64,000 bases of DNA from an uncultured Dehalococcoidia bacterium (GCA_964500645.1 CAZCOH010000003.1:23536-87535); one strand, 5' to 3'; numbered from the stretch's first letter, positions 37,838-49,180 are shown. A program made the numbers and translations. The notes: a model not told the origin generated them from the letters alone.

Positions 37838-39517
37838 TTATATCAGCTTCAGCAGAGTGATAATCACAGGCCTCTTCTCTGTCTCCTTGTAAATATTTTC
37901 TGATACCAAATCAGAAACGTTTTTTTCTATCTCACTAAAATCTAGTACGCCTAGCCATTTTTCTTCTAGGGCAGTCTGGACCATTTTTATAGACGATTTT
38001 AGTATTGATTCATTTTCATTGTTCTCTTGGAATCCCCTTGAGTCATAAAGGATTGTACCTTCCAAAGTATTGGCACTCCCATTTATAGTAGCTGTAATAG
38101 TGACAACTCCACTAGACATTAAATCCATTCGCTCTTTCATTAGAGTACCCTGAGAATTCATAGAATTTCTACTTTCCATGTAAATTGTTCCCGACTCTAC
38201 AGTGTCGACGACTTCGGCCGAATCGTGACCGATCTCCAATACATCTCCATCTTCTAGCACAAAAGTATTTTTACTTGGACGGCTGAGATCATTGGATATT
38301 TTAGCGTGGGCCAAAAGGTGTCGGTATTCACCATGGATTGGTATAAAATACTTTGGCTTAGTTACTTCCAGCATCAGTTTCAGTTCTTCTTTACTAGCGT
38401 GGCCGTGAACGTGGACTTTGGAAATGCGATTGTAGATGACGTTGGCTCCCTTTCTAAACAAATTATCTATAATTTTAGATACGGAGGTTTCGTTTCCAGG
38501 AATAGGAGATGAGCTCAAGACGATTGTGTCGTTAGGTTTCACACTGAGCTGTTGATGATTCCCTTTTGAAATCCTAGACATGACGGATGATGGCTCTCCC
38601 TGACTGCCAGTTGCAATAATAACTACTTTATTGTCTGGCAACTTTGCTGATTGGCGTATAGGAATCAACACATTTCCGGGGTCATTAATATAACCCATTC
38701 TTAGAGACATTTTCACATTGTTGTTCATACTTCTTCCAACCACGGAGACTTTTTTTCCTTGCGAAAATGCCGCATCGATAATTTGCTGAACTCTAGAAAT
38801 TAGAGATGCAAAGGTCGCTATTAAAACCCTTCCTTTAGAATTGTGAATTATTTCTTGTAAAGCGACACCGACGACAATTTCCGATTCAGAATGGCCTTCC
38901 ATTTCTGCATAAGTTGAGTCTGACATGAGTAAAAGTATGCCTTTATCAGCCATATTAGATAGATATGAAAAATCGGTTGGGAATCCATCTTGGGGAGTGT
39001 GATCTACTTTGAAATCACCTGTATGAATCAAGGTTCCCAACTCTGTGTTTATAGCTATCCCCATTGAGTCGGGTATTGAGTGGCACACTCTAAAAAATGT
39101 TACTCCAAATTTTCCCAAAAAAAATGGAATTTCAGGATCAATTATATTGAGTTTCGATTCTTTTAATAAACCGTGAGCCTTTAATTTAGAAGAGATCAAA
39201 GAATTGGTTAAATTTGATGAGTAAATTGGGACATTAACTCGCGATATAACATAAGGAAGAGCACCAATATGATCTTCATGTCCGTGAGTTATCAGGATGC
39301 CTTTAACTTTATCTGCGTTTTTTTCAAGGTATGTGATATCCGGTACACCGAAATCTGCATTGGGAACATCCTTGTCTGGGAAAATTAGTCCGGCGTCGAT
39401 CACAACTATTTCCCCCGACATTTCTATGGCCATCATATTTTGACCAAATTCACCGAGTCCACCGAGTGGGATTACCTTAATCGAATTGGTTGAATAGTTT
39501 CCGTGTGGTTCTGTCAA
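37838..39517 (-). CDS. rnj: Ribonuclease J
   Basis: PLGGLGEFGQNM, THGHEDHIG, CHSIPD, HTGDFK, HVHGHA, PIHGEYR. Confidence 0.95.
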   Translation of the reverse strand: MTEPHGNYSTNSIKVIPLGGLGEFGQNMMAIEMSGEIVVIDAGLIFPDKDVPNADFGVPDITYLEKNADKVKGILITHGHEDHIGALPYVISRVNVPIYSSNLTNSLISSKLKAHGLLKESKLNIIDPEIPFFLGKFGVTFFRVCHSIPDSMGIAINTELGTLIHTGDFKVDHTPQDGFPTDFSYLSNMADKGILLLMSDSTYAEMEGHSESEIVVGVALQEIIHNSKGRVLIATFASLISRVQQIIDAAFSQGKKVSVVGRSMNNNVKMSLRMGYINDPGNVLIPIRQSAKLPDNKVVIIATGSQGEPSSVMSRISKGNHQQLSVKPNDTIVLSSSPIPGNETSVSKIIDNLFRKGANVIYNRISKVHVHGHASKEELKLMLEVTKPKYFIPIHGEYRHLLAHAKISNDLSRPSKNTFVLEDGDVLEIGHDSAEVVDTVESGTIYMESRNSMNSQGTLMKERMDLMSSGVVTITATINGSANTLEGTILYDSRGFQENNENESILKSSIKMVQTALEEKWLGVLDFSEIEKNVSDLVSENIYKETEKRPVIITLLKLI

Positions 39518-40140
39518 TCGAACAATCCTAATTGTCTTTCTTTCATAATTCCTGATTCATCAGTTGGATATTGGGCTACATTTTTTGGAGGGTTTATTAG
39601 TTCAAGTAGTTTTTCAAAGTCTTTTTCCAATCTAGGTCTTAACGAAGGATTGTATAAAGCAGCGGCAGGATGGTACATAGGCAGAATGTTTATATTGTTC
39701 CATTTTCTTACTATACCTCTGGATTGGGTAATAGTCTCACCGGGAAAGAATTTACCGAATGAAAATCTTCCGAGGGTCACAATTACTTTAGGAGATAATG
39801 CCTCAATTTGTGAGTCAAGATAACTTGAACATGATTCAATTTCATCATTTTGAGGATCTCTATTGTTAGGAGGCCGGCACTTTACCATGTTGGTAATAAA
39901 GACTTTATCCCTATCTAGGCCAATTGAATTAAGCAATTGGTCTAATAAATTACCTGCCCGCCCTACGAACGGGTGACCACTTTTATCTTCGTTAGAACCT
40001 GGAGCTTCTCCCACAAACATTATTTGTGCTTGACTGTCTCCGGAGCCTGGTACTGTCTTTGATCTTGTCGCACTCAGTTTACAAGAAGTGCAATTGGAAA
40101 TCCCTGATGCGATTTCTTGCAAATTTGTATAAGGTGTCAT
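39514..40140 (-). CDS. udg: Family-4 uracil-DNA glycosylase
   Basis: CTSCKL, VGEAPG, VKCRPP, YHPAA. Confidence 0.92.
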   Translation of the reverse strand: MTPYTNLQEIASGISNCTSCKLSATRSKTVPGSGDSQAQIMFVGEAPGSNEDKSGHPFVGRAGNLLDQLLNSIGLDRDKVFITNMVKCRPPNNRDPQNDEIESCSSYLDSQIEALSPKVIVTLGRFSFGKFFPGETITQSRGIVRKWNNINILPMYHPAAALYNPSLRPRLEKDFEKLLELINPPKNVAQYPTDESGIMKERQLGLFD

Positions 40141-40345
40141 TAGGAATGGCCTTGGTTAAACACTTGAAGTCGTTACAGGTTTTTTTGGGACATAACCACA
40201 GACCCAGATCGTATCAGCGTAATTATATTAGGGTCAATTATCACGAGCGATATAATCATATTTCAGGATACTACAAGTTTCCTTGATTGATGCGACTAGA
40301 ATGTATAGATTAGAAATTTAAAACTGTAACTATTGTAGAGTGTAA

Positions 40346-41191
40346 ATGACTAAGAAATTTGGAATATTTGGATATCCCCTCTCTCATACTTTATCTCCGG
40401 TTTTTCACAATGCAATCTTTGATTATTTAAACATGGATGCTACATATGAAGCTTGGGAGGTGTCTCCCAAGAATTTGAAGACTCAGCTTGAAAGGTTAAG
40501 GGGGCGACCATACATTGGGGCGAACGTAACGATCCCTCACAAGGTTGCGGTCATGGATTTATTAGATGAAATAGAGCCGCAGGCTAAGGAGATAGGATCA
40601 GTAAACACTATATTAAGTAAAGAAGGTATTTTGATCGGATTTAACACTGACACCCTGGGTTTAGTTAGATCTCTGAAAGAACATGGCAGATTTGATCCAA
40701 AAGGTAAAAATGTCTTGATAGTTGGGGCTGGTGGAGCTGCAAGGGCGGCTGTTTTTTCTTTGTTGAATGAAGGAGTACGGTCAATAATAATAAAAAACAG
40801 GACTTTTAGTAGGTCACGTTCCTTGGCAAATGAATTTTGTAAACTTGGTGAAATTACCGCCGTCCAAGATTCTGATTCTTCTCTTGATCTTTTTAAAACT
40901 AATATAGATTTGATATTGAATTGCAGTTCTGTGGGCATGAAGAATGGACCTGCGGAGGAAATTTCGCCATTAAAAGCAGATCAAATACCATCATATTCTT
41001 TGGTATGCGATATGGTTTACAACCCTTCAGTAACACCTCTGATGAGACAAGCAAACCTCGCTGGGGCGTCAGTTCTTGGAGGGTTGCCGATGCTAATTTA
41101 TCAAGGAGCAGCATCTTTCGAATTATGGACTAACCGGCCTGCTCCTATTCAAGTCATGTTTAGAGCTGCGGAGAAAGCTTTGGGATATTAA
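40346..41191 (+). CDS. aroE: Shikimate dehydrogenase
   Basis: HTLSP, GANVTIPHK, NTD, GAGGAAR, DMVYNP, MLIYQG. Confidence 0.95.
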   Translation: MTKKFGIFGYPLSHTLSPVFHNAIFDYLNMDATYEAWEVSPKNLKTQLERLRGRPYIGANVTIPHKVAVMDLLDEIEPQAKEIGSVNTILSKEGILIGFNTDTLGLVRSLKEHGRFDPKGKNVLIVGAGGAARAAVFSLLNEGVRSIIIKNRTFSRSRSLANEFCKLGEITAVQDSDSSLDLFKTNIDLILNCSSVGMKNGPAEEISPLKADQIPSYSLVCDMVYNPSVTPLMRQANLAGASVLGGLPMLIYQGAASFELWTNRPAPIQVMFRAAEKALGY

Positions 41192-43770
41192 TTTGCATCA
41201 TTTTGAGCTTTTTTCTGAAATTCATATAGTAGTGTGATAGCTTCTAACGGAGTCATCGACATGATGTCTAAATGTTTCAGATCTTCAATAAACTCCGGGT
41301 TTTTTGCTAATAATGGAAGTTGAATTCCTTTAACAGAATTCTTTTTTTCGTGACTTATGTTTAAAAGACTCTGATTTTCTAAATCTGAAAGGACAGACCA
41401 TGCTCTTGTGATTACGTTAGTTGGTAAGCCGGCGAGTCGTGCGACATGTATACCATAGCTTTTGTCTGCTCCTCCTGGCAAAATGCTTCTTAAAAATATC
41501 ACTTCACCGTTGCTTTCCGAAACAGATACGTGCAAGTTTTTTACTCGGGGGAGTGTGTTGGCAAGGTTTGTGAGTTCGTGATAATGGGTGGCAAACAGTG
41601 TTTTGCAGCCTAGTCCAGGATGGTTATGGATATGTTCAGCAACTGATTGTGCTATAGCTAGACCATCATATGTGCTAGTGCCCCTACCTATTTCATCTAG
41701 TATGATCAAGGATTTTTTTGACGCTTGATTTAGAATAGATGCGGTTTCTACCATTTCAAGCATGAATGTAGATTGCCCTACAGTTAGATCGTCTTGAAGT
41801 CCGACCCTAGTGAAAATCCTATCTACAATTCCTATTCTGGCTGATCGGGCAGGGACATAGCTTCCTATCTGGGCCATCAATGTGATAAGCCCCACTTGCC
41901 TTAAATAGGTGGATTTTCCTGACATGTTCGGTCCTGTTAGGAGTACAACTTGAGTTTCGTCTACGTCAAGATTTGTGTCGTTTGATATGAATGATCCAGT
42001 TTCGACAATTCCTTCTATTATTGGGTGACGTCCACCTTCGATTTCGAGGACTCCTGAGTTGTCAAGCAAAGGTCTTACATATCCATTTTCTTCAGCTACA
42101 GTGGCTAGCGATGATAATACATCAAGATTGGCTATTATTTCTGAAGATTTCAGGAGAGCGGTAACTGAGTGTGAAACTTGGTCGCAAACTTGCCTAAATA
42201 TACGAGTTTCGATCTCTCCGATTTTTTCGCTGCCTGCAAGTATTCTTGCTTCACATTCCTTCATTTCAGGAGTGATATATCGTTCTGCTGAAACTAAAGT
42301 TTGTTTACGTATGTACTCTTGTGGAACTGAATCAAGGTTTGAATTACTTACTTCAATGTAGTAGCCAAAGACTTTGTTGTAGCCTACTTTTAATGATTTT
42401 ATACCTGTTGTTTGACGTTCTCTTGATTCCATTGTCGTCATGTAATGTCGGGCCGATTCTGCCTCTTTACGAGCTTCATCAAGTTCACTGGAAAATCCAT
42501 ATTTTATCGTTTTCCCATCACCTACTGTCGTTGGAGTTTCATCGCTGAGGGCATTGGATAATAGATTAGCTAATTCGTCATGATATGAAAGTCCTTTCAA
42601 CATAGATTGAAGATTCGGTGATTCATCTTTCGACAGAATTATCTCTTTAAGGACAGGGAAAGTATTTATACTATGTGAGATTCCTGACAAATCTCTAGGT
42701 GATGCGCTTTTATGGAGTATTTTTGTACAGAGTCTTTCAAGATCCGATATTTTTTTAAGAGAATCTGTAATTTTCTCCTTTTTTGGTCTGTTATCTTTAA
42801 ACCATTCAATGGTTTCGTATCTGTTATTTAATAAAGATATATTCAATGCCGGTTGTCCAATCCAACTTCGTAACATTCGTCCACCCATGGGAGTATTCGT
42901 TCGGTTTAAAACCGCAAATAAGGATGCTTGCTTTGAGTTCCATCTCCCGCCCACAAAGAGTTCCAAATTTCGCCTGGTCTGTTCGTCGAGTACCATGAAG
43001 TCTTCGGTGGAATAAGTTGACAAGGAAGTCAAAGACCGAAGCGATTGTTGCTCGTGATCCCTCACATAATTAACTATTGCGGCGGCCGCATCCACTGCTA
43101 AGGGCATTCGTTCTACCCCAAACGATTCTAGGGTATTAATCGAAAAATGATCCTTAAGAATTGATGTGGACCATGTCGAACTAAAATTGTCGTCATTAAC
43201 TTGTGTTACTGTGCAATTAGCATTGTTTAATATTGTAGAATCCATAAGCTTGGCTGGTACGATTAATTCTTTTGGAGATAGTCGGGATAATTCCAGGTCT
43301 ACTTTGGATTCATCTAATTGAGTTATTTTAAATGTACCGGTACTTATATCCGCATGTGCTAGCCCAGCTTGTCCATCTCTAATCAACAAAGCTACCAAGA
43401 AATTATTTGTTTCGCCCTGTAGTAGACTTTCTTCAACAATCGTTCCGGGAGTAATTATTCGTATGACTTCCCGGTCCACGATTCCTTTTGAGGTTGATGC
43501 GTCACTAGTTTGTTCGCATATCGCAACTCTATGCCCATTTTCGACAAGTTTGGGTAAATATGTTTGTAAGGAGTGAAAAGGTATTCCAGCGAGAGGTATT
43601 TTGGTTCCTTTACCCATTTCACGGGTAGTTAATGCGATTTCAAGTTCTTTTGCTAATATCTTTGCATCTTCATCAAATGTTTCATAAAAATCGCCCATTC
43701 GAAAAAGAAGAAGATCATTTTTGTGCTGGGCTTTAATGTCAAGGTATTGTTTTCTTGCTGGTGTTGTCAT
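41188..43770 (-). CDS. mutS: DNA mismatch repair protein MutS
   Basis: FRMGDFYETF, TGPNMSGKSTY, STFMLEM, DEIGRGTST, FATHYHEL, SYGIHVARLAG. Confidence 0.97.
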   Translation of the reverse strand: MTTPARKQYLDIKAQHKNDLLLFRMGDFYETFDEDAKILAKELEIALTTREMGKGTKIPLAGIPFHSLQTYLPKLVENGHRVAICEQTSDASTSKGIVDREVIRIITPGTIVEESLLQGETNNFLVALLIRDGQAGLAHADISTGTFKITQLDESKVDLELSRLSPKELIVPAKLMDSTILNNANCTVTQVNDDNFSSTWSTSILKDHFSINTLESFGVERMPLAVDAAAAIVNYVRDHEQQSLRSLTSLSTYSTEDFMVLDEQTRRNLELFVGGRWNSKQASLFAVLNRTNTPMGGRMLRSWIGQPALNISLLNNRYETIEWFKDNRPKKEKITDSLKKISDLERLCTKILHKSASPRDLSGISHSINTFPVLKEIILSKDESPNLQSMLKGLSYHDELANLLSNALSDETPTTVGDGKTIKYGFSSELDEARKEAESARHYMTTMESRERQTTGIKSLKVGYNKVFGYYIEVSNSNLDSVPQEYIRKQTLVSAERYITPEMKECEARILAGSEKIGEIETRIFRQVCDQVSHSVTALLKSSEIIANLDVLSSLATVAEENGYVRPLLDNSGVLEIEGGRHPIIEGIVETGSFISNDTNLDVDETQVVLLTGPNMSGKSTYLRQVGLITLMAQIGSYVPARSARIGIVDRIFTRVGLQDDLTVGQSTFMLEMVETASILNQASKKSLIILDEIGRGTSTYDGLAIAQSVAEHIHNHPGLGCKTLFATHYHELTNLANTLPRVKNLHVSVSESNGEVIFLRSILPGGADKSYGIHVARLAGLPTNVITRAWSVLSDLENQSLLNISHEKKNSVKGIQLPLLAKNPEFIEDLKHLDIMSMTPLEAITLLYEFQKKAQNDAN

Positions 43771-43978
43771 GGGTGGTACTATGCCAGATTATAAATTCTC
43801 CATTAACCAAATTTATACCATTTTGAAAGTTAAAACATGACATTAAGAAATCTTGTCGTAACTCACGCAATATTTTAATGAGTTTATCAATGAAAACACC
43901 CACTAGAAATATTAGGTGATTGTAAATGGTTCTTTATCTCTTAGGTACTGACTTCAGTTGTTGAAAAAGTAGGTCCTG

Positions 43979-44728
43979 CTAATCGTCTTTCCAGAATCGT
44001 TCCTCTAAGAACTCAAAGCCTAGCGGAACTACTTGTTGTTTGACATCCTCAATCATTCCAGGATGACCGCAGGCGTAGATCATTGTGTTGATAGTCTCTA
44101 GTCCGAACTCGCGTATTTTTGATTGCACGATTTTGTTGACTCTGCCTTTTTCGCCATTCCATGAGTCATTTTTATTTTCTGTTGGTCTACTTACTGTCGG
44201 CACAAAGGTTAATAAATCAGGGCGCTCTTTAGCTATGGCTATAAATTCGTCATCATAAACAAACTCATCTTGGTAGCTTGCTCCTTCAAGGACGTAAAAG
44301 TGATGGCCTTCCTTATTAGCCTCAATATAGTCCCTAACAAAACTGACGTAGGGTACAACTCCAGTTACAGTCGACACCAGGAACTGATTCTGCTTTTCTT
44401 CTTTAAAAGTGAATATACCTTTCGCTCTGGGTCGTATAGTTACTTTGTCCCCTTCATGCAGGTCCCATAAAATAGGAGTGAGTACACCACCTTCTTTAAC
44501 AGGTACTAGTTCGATGAATAATTCGATGTATTTTTCATGTGGTGCTGATGCTATTGAATACGCCCTTTCAATACCTTTATGGCCTATTGTGCAGTATTGT
44601 CCGGGTTTGAAACTGTATCCATCGGGTTTCTCCAGCCATACAAGTGTGAGATCTTCTGTTTTATCTTGTCTCTCAACTATCTGAACTTCCGCTAAGGGAG
44701 GCTTTTTAATTAACTTTTTAGTGGCCAT
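43979..44728 (-). CDS. fpr: Ferredoxin/flavodoxin-NADP+ reductase (bacterial Fpr type)
   Basis: FKPGQY, RAYSIAS, YACGHPGMI, EERFW. Confidence 0.85.
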   Translation of the reverse strand: MATKKLIKKPPLAEVQIVERQDKTEDLTLVWLEKPDGYSFKPGQYCTIGHKGIERAYSIASAPHEKYIELFIELVPVKEGGVLTPILWDLHEGDKVTIRPRAKGIFTFKEEKQNQFLVSTVTGVVPYVSFVRDYIEANKEGHHFYVLEGASYQDEFVYDDEFIAIAKERPDLLTFVPTVSRPTENKNDSWNGEKGRVNKIVQSKIREFGLETINTMIYACGHPGMIEDVKQQVVPLGFEFLEERFWKDD

Positions 44729-44762
44729 TCATTCTCCATATTTTTTAATGTCGTGTACGGTT

Positions 44763-47438
44763 CTATTCTTTTTCTATTCGTACATGCTTCACTTGCAGAG
44801 GCTGTACCTTGAGCATAGGATCTTCATCCTTACTTGCTGTCAATTGCTCCATCAGACTTCCAAACAGGCTTGTTGAAGCTACTAGGCCGCTATGCAATCC
44901 GTTGAGGTGAGCAGTGCCTTCTTTTTCGAAGTCCTCACCGATTAATTTTATTTTGTCGCCTTCTGAAATCCCCGCACTTTGTGCGTCCTGTTCATTTAGT
45001 TCGATTATTTCTGTCCGGGTTATCGAATGCATATTATCTATAATTGATATGTCTGCTTCCCTGTCTGGTTCGTGCAATACGCGACCAGGTACAAATGACA
45101 TTGGGAATTGAGGATCGTGATGAGTTGCATCAATTGATTCTAGCGTTAGAGGTTGGAAGCTATATTTATCTGGCTCCGAGTATTCCCAAATTTGACCAAA
45201 CTTTTCTATTTGATTGATATCTAAGCTATTGTAGTGTTCAACGTTAGCTTGCAATTCCTCGAAGATTTCTAGCTCACTGCTAAAGTCAAAGGACGAGCTT
45301 CCCATTCTCTTAGCAAGTTGAGATATTATTCTCCAGTCCTCGTCTGCATCCCCTGTTGTCCCAATCGCCTTTCTGACTTTGTGCACTCTTCTTTCCATGC
45401 TTGTGTAGGTTCCTGACTTCTCTGCGAACGTGACAGAAGGGAAGACAATGTCGGCTTTATCCGTTAAATGGTTTTCGAAGGTGGAGTGTACAATTAGTAG
45501 TTCAGACTGGCCCAAAGCTTCTTCTAGACCACCTGATATCTGGTCAGAATAGGATATGTTATCTCCTATTATCTGGACTGCTTTAATCTTTCCTTTAGAA
45601 ATAGAGTCAGACAGGTTAACAATTCCGACGCCATCTTTTGAAATCGACTTATAACCTGGACCTAGATTTGGCACGCATCCAACGTCTCTTGAACCTTGTT
45701 GATTAGCACCTGAGAATAGAGGATATAGTCCGGCTGAAGGCTTACCTATATTACCGGTCAGCAGAAGTAGATTCACCAATGCTTCTACCGTTTTCGGTTT
45801 GAGGCTTTTATCAATAGTGTCTAGGCTATATAAAACCGAAGAGGAGTCTGCTTTGGCGAATAGCCTAGCAGCTTCTCTTATAGAATCTTGAGGCAAGCCT
45901 GTTAGTTCTGAAATTTTTATCAGATCAAAATCCCAAATCGAGTTTCTAAGTTCTGAGAATCCCTGACAATTTTCTGTTGAGAATTCGTGATCCTCTAATG
46001 ATTCATCTAAGATGGTTCGGATTATTCCCCCAATTAGGTGACTTTCTGAATTCAGTTTTGGCCTTAGCCATAAATCTGAATATCTGGTTAGTTCAGTTTC
46101 TCTTTGATCAATTACGATCAGCTTTGCTCCCTTGGAAACGGCCTGTTTTATTGGTACAGAAGCAACATTTTGATCTTCGGTAATGTTTGATGAGACTACC
46201 AATATGCAATTTGAGTCTAGTAATTCCCAGGTACGTGATGTTGACCCCTGAATCCCTATCATGGATTCAAGAGGCTCAACCAAATCAGGATTTGTGTTAG
46301 ATGCGACGTCCACGTTGGGTGAGTTCATAATCTGACGTGCAAACTTTTGAGCAATAAAATTATCCTCGTTAGTTCCGCGGTCAGATGCCACAATGGCATA
46401 GTCTCCGTTTTTGTAATTCGCTAGTTTCTCAGACGCATAATCCAAAGCTTCTGGCCAGGTGGATTCAGTCAATGTGCCGTCTATTCGGATTAAAGGTTTG
46501 GATAATTTTTTCTTATGATTTACAAAATCCAAACCGAATTTGCCTTTAAAGCACGCCATTCCATGGTTTGCTTCAGCTTCACGAGAAGCTATAGACCGTA
46601 TTACCTTGTTACGTTTATTTACGTCCAAATCTAACTGGCAACCAACTGGGCAGTGTGGGCACGTGGTAGAGATTTGTTTTTCTGCTTTGTCCCATTTGTA
46701 GTCCCTTTCCACGATGGCTCCAGTAGGACAAACATCTATACATGCTCCACAGAATTCACAACCTGATTCTAAAAGGGAAATTCCTTGCGAGGTTCCTATT
46801 ATGCTCCGTCCTGAACGTTCCTTTAGGGTTATGGCTTTATCACCTCTAACCTCGTCACAGGCCCTAACACATCTCGAGCATACGATGCACAGATTCATAT
46901 CCATGTCCCAATATGGGTCTTTTACATCGAGTGGGAGATGACGATTGTTGTAGGTAAGAGGAGTGGTTAAATCCATCTCCATATATCTTACCGTGTCTTT
47001 CAGTTCACATCTTTCATTTTTAGGACACGTTACACACCTGTCATTTACAGTAACATGGCGCAGGCAAACATCAGTTGGACCACACAGATCGATTCGATGG
47101 CAATTAAGACATCCATGCGGATGTTCAGATATAAGAAGCTCCATTATGCCTTTTCTGAGGTCTACGATTTCGTCAGTATTTGTCTCTACCCTCATGCCTT
47201 CCGAAACTGGTGTAGTACATGAGGCAGGGCTGCCAGGAAGGGCTCGGTAACTTCCATCTGGTGTGGGTGCCTCTGCTTTAACTACACACATCCGGCATGC
47301 GCCATAAGGCTTCATTCCTGGGTAATAACAGAGGTACGGAATGTATAGGCCATTGTCCATAGCAGCTTGTATGATCACGCTTCCAGAATCAGCTTGAACC
47401 TCCACTCCATCTATCGTCAGATTAACTTTATCTGCCAT
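44763..47438 (-). CDS. NuoG/FdhA-like Fe-S protein with a molybdopterin-oxidoreductase fold, apparently lacking the Mo ligand
   Basis: [2Fe-2S] C..CRMC..C, His-ligated cluster, CIVCSRC, CEFCGACIDVCP, TCPHCPVGC..CFKG. No Cys/Sec-His after NVD. Confidence 0.85.
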   Translation of the reverse strand: MADKVNLTIDGVEVQADSGSVIIQAAMDNGLYIPYLCYYPGMKPYGACRMCVVKAEAPTPDGSYRALPGSPASCTTPVSEGMRVETNTDEIVDLRKGIMELLISEHPHGCLNCHRIDLCGPTDVCLRHVTVNDRCVTCPKNERCELKDTVRYMEMDLTTPLTYNNRHLPLDVKDPYWDMDMNLCIVCSRCVRACDEVRGDKAITLKERSGRSIIGTSQGISLLESGCEFCGACIDVCPTGAIVERDYKWDKAEKQISTTCPHCPVGCQLDLDVNKRNKVIRSIASREAEANHGMACFKGKFGLDFVNHKKKLSKPLIRIDGTLTESTWPEALDYASEKLANYKNGDYAIVASDRGTNEDNFIAQKFARQIMNSPNVDVASNTNPDLVEPLESMIGIQGSTSRTWELLDSNCILVVSSNITEDQNVASVPIKQAVSKGAKLIVIDQRETELTRYSDLWLRPKLNSESHLIGGIIRTILDESLEDHEFSTENCQGFSELRNSIWDFDLIKISELTGLPQDSIREAARLFAKADSSSVLYSLDTIDKSLKPKTVEALVNLLLLTGNIGKPSAGLYPLFSGANQQGSRDVGCVPNLGPGYKSISKDGVGIVNLSDSISKGKIKAVQIIGDNISYSDQISGGLEEALGQSELLIVHSTFENHLTDKADIVFPSVTFAEKSGTYTSMERRVHKVRKAIGTTGDADEDWRIISQLAKRMGSSSFDFSSELEIFEELQANVEHYNSLDINQIEKFGQIWEYSEPDKYSFQPLTLESIDATHHDPQFPMSFVPGRVLHEPDREADISIIDNMHSITRTEIIELNEQDAQSAGISEGDKIKLIGEDFEKEGTAHLNGLHSGLVASTSLFGSLMEQLTASKDEDPMLKVQPLQVKHVRIEKE

Positions 47439-47440
47439 TT

Positions 47441-49180
47441 TTAATCTCCAGCCGCGAAGTCAGTTGCATATGGTCTTGTGTTTTTAGGTACGATTTTCGG
47501 AGAATTGCAAGCGTCCGTTGGACATATACCATCCTCGATATGAGAGCGGAAATCCTCTTCAAAATGTGTAATGGCAGATCTGATCGGTCCGAAACCTAGT
47601 TGACCATGTCCGCAAAGGGATCCTGCTTCCATGGTGCCACCTATACTTTTCATCAACTCCATGTCACCAGGCTTACTTTCAAAATTCGCTATTCTTTCTA
47701 CTATTTCTAAAAGATGTTCCATCCCTAATCGACACGGAAAACACTTTCCGCACGATTCAAATTGACAGAAAGCTACTAGAACTCTGGTTAGGTCGACTGC
47801 ACAGACTTTATCACTGCCCACAATTATTCCACCGGAACCGAATATTGCGCCTGCTTCCCTCATTTCATCAAAATCTATATGGATGTCTCTGCTGTCTGGC
47901 CCGAGTACACCACCTAAAGGTCCTCCAGTTTGGAGTAATTTAAGAGATCTACCTTCTGCTACCCCACCTCCTAAATCGTCTACGACTTGACCCAGGGTCA
48001 TTCCCATTGAGACTTCGTACAGCCCAGGCCTGTTGACGTCACCACTAAGACAAACAATGGCTGTTCCAGTACTTCTGTTTACGCCGATTGAGGAGAACCA
48101 ATCTGCTCCTTTTGAAATTATTTCAGGAGCGTATGACAGGGATTTTACGTTATTTATGTTACTAGGCTTACCCCATACGCCAAAGGCGGCAGGAAATGGT
48201 GGGCGATATCGTGGCATGGATCGCTTGCCTTCAACAGCTTCCATCAATGCGGTTTCTTCCCCTGCTACATATGATTCACCTGTTAGTGCAACTTCCACGT
48301 CAAAGTTGAAGTCACTATCAAATATATTTTTCCCTAGCACACCAATTTCATATGCCTCTTTAATAGCCTGTTCAGTTCTGTCTATTGGGCCGTTATGGCC
48401 ATGACGTATGAAAACTATTCCGTTTGTCGCTCCTGTAGCATATCCAGCTATTGCTAGTCCCTCTATAAGGGTGTGAGGATCACTCTCTAAAATCCCCTTA
48501 TCGTTATAAGCTCCTGGATCTCCCTCTTCACAGTTACACAGAATGTATTTGGTTGGACCTGGAGATCCGACCAGAAAACTCCATTTCACGCCAGTAGGGA
48601 ATGCGGCTCCACCTCTGCCACGTAGTCCAGAATTTTTGACTTCGTCAATGACCTCGGATGGTGACATCATAGATATCGCTTTATTTAGACCACTGTACCC
48701 ATCATTAGCTATATATTGGAGAATGTCAGCGGGAGCTATGTGCCCTGCATTCCTTAATGCCACTCTATTTTGAAGCTTTATTCCTGGAATTGAACTTAGA
48801 GGCACTACACCAGAGCTAGTGATATCTTCCTCACCAATATAACCGAGTATTTTGCTCCCAGGTATAGAATCCTCGATAAGGTAAGATTGAACAATAGTAG
48901 GAATTTCTTCAGGGGTCACATTCTTGAAAAATAATCTCGGATGACCTTTCTTTTTTATTTCAATTATTGGTTCGGCATAGCAAAGGCCTAGACATCCAAC
49001 TTCATCCACATTTGCTTCGACGTTTAGGCTGGATAATGTTTCTAAAATAGTTTTTTTGACCCGAAACGCTCCCGCTGCGTGTCCACACATAGCACTTCCT
49101 ACTCGAATCAGAGGGGTGTCTCCATAGACGCGGTCGTTCCAGTGAACATCTGCTTTTTCTTTAATACTTTCGTAAGTCAA
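47441..49180 (-). CDS. NuoF/HydB-like FMN/NADH-binding subunit with an N-terminal thioredoxin-like domain
   Basis: GLRGRGGAAFPTG, EEGDPG, YVAGEETAL, ESCGKCFPCR, SLCGHG. Confidence 0.9.
   Translation of the reverse strand: MTYESIKEKADVHWNDRVYGDTPLIRVGSAMCGHAAGAFRVKKTILETLSSLNVEANVDEVGCLGLCYAEPIIEIKKKGHPRLFFKNVTPEEIPTIVQSYLIEDSIPGSKILGYIGEEDITSSGVVPLSSIPGIKLQNRVALRNAGHIAPADILQYIANDGYSGLNKAISMMSPSEVIDEVKNSGLRGRGGAAFPTGVKWSFLVGSPGPTKYILCNCEEGDPGAYNDKGILESDPHTLIEGLAIAGYATGATNGIVFIRHGHNGPIDRTEQAIKEAYEIGVLGKNIFDSDFNFDVEVALTGESYVAGEETALMEAVEGKRSMPRYRPPFPAAFGVWGKPSNINNVKSLSYAPEIISKGADWFSSIGVNRSTGTAIVCLSGDVNRPGLYEVSMGMTLGQVVDDLGGGVAEGRSLKLLQTGGPLGGVLGPDSRDIHIDFDEMREAGAIFGSGGIIVGSDKVCAVDLTRVLVAFCQFESCGKCFPCRLGMEHLLEIVERIANFESKPGDMELMKSIGGTMEAGSLCGHGQLGFGPIRSAITHFEEDFRSHIEDGICPTDACNSPKIVPKNTRPYATDFAAGD

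Noticed and set aside
44763-47438. Active (seleno)formate dehydrogenase or [FeFe]-hydrogenase
   Set aside because: No in-frame TGA, no Cys/Sec-His Mo ligand and no H-cluster motifs.
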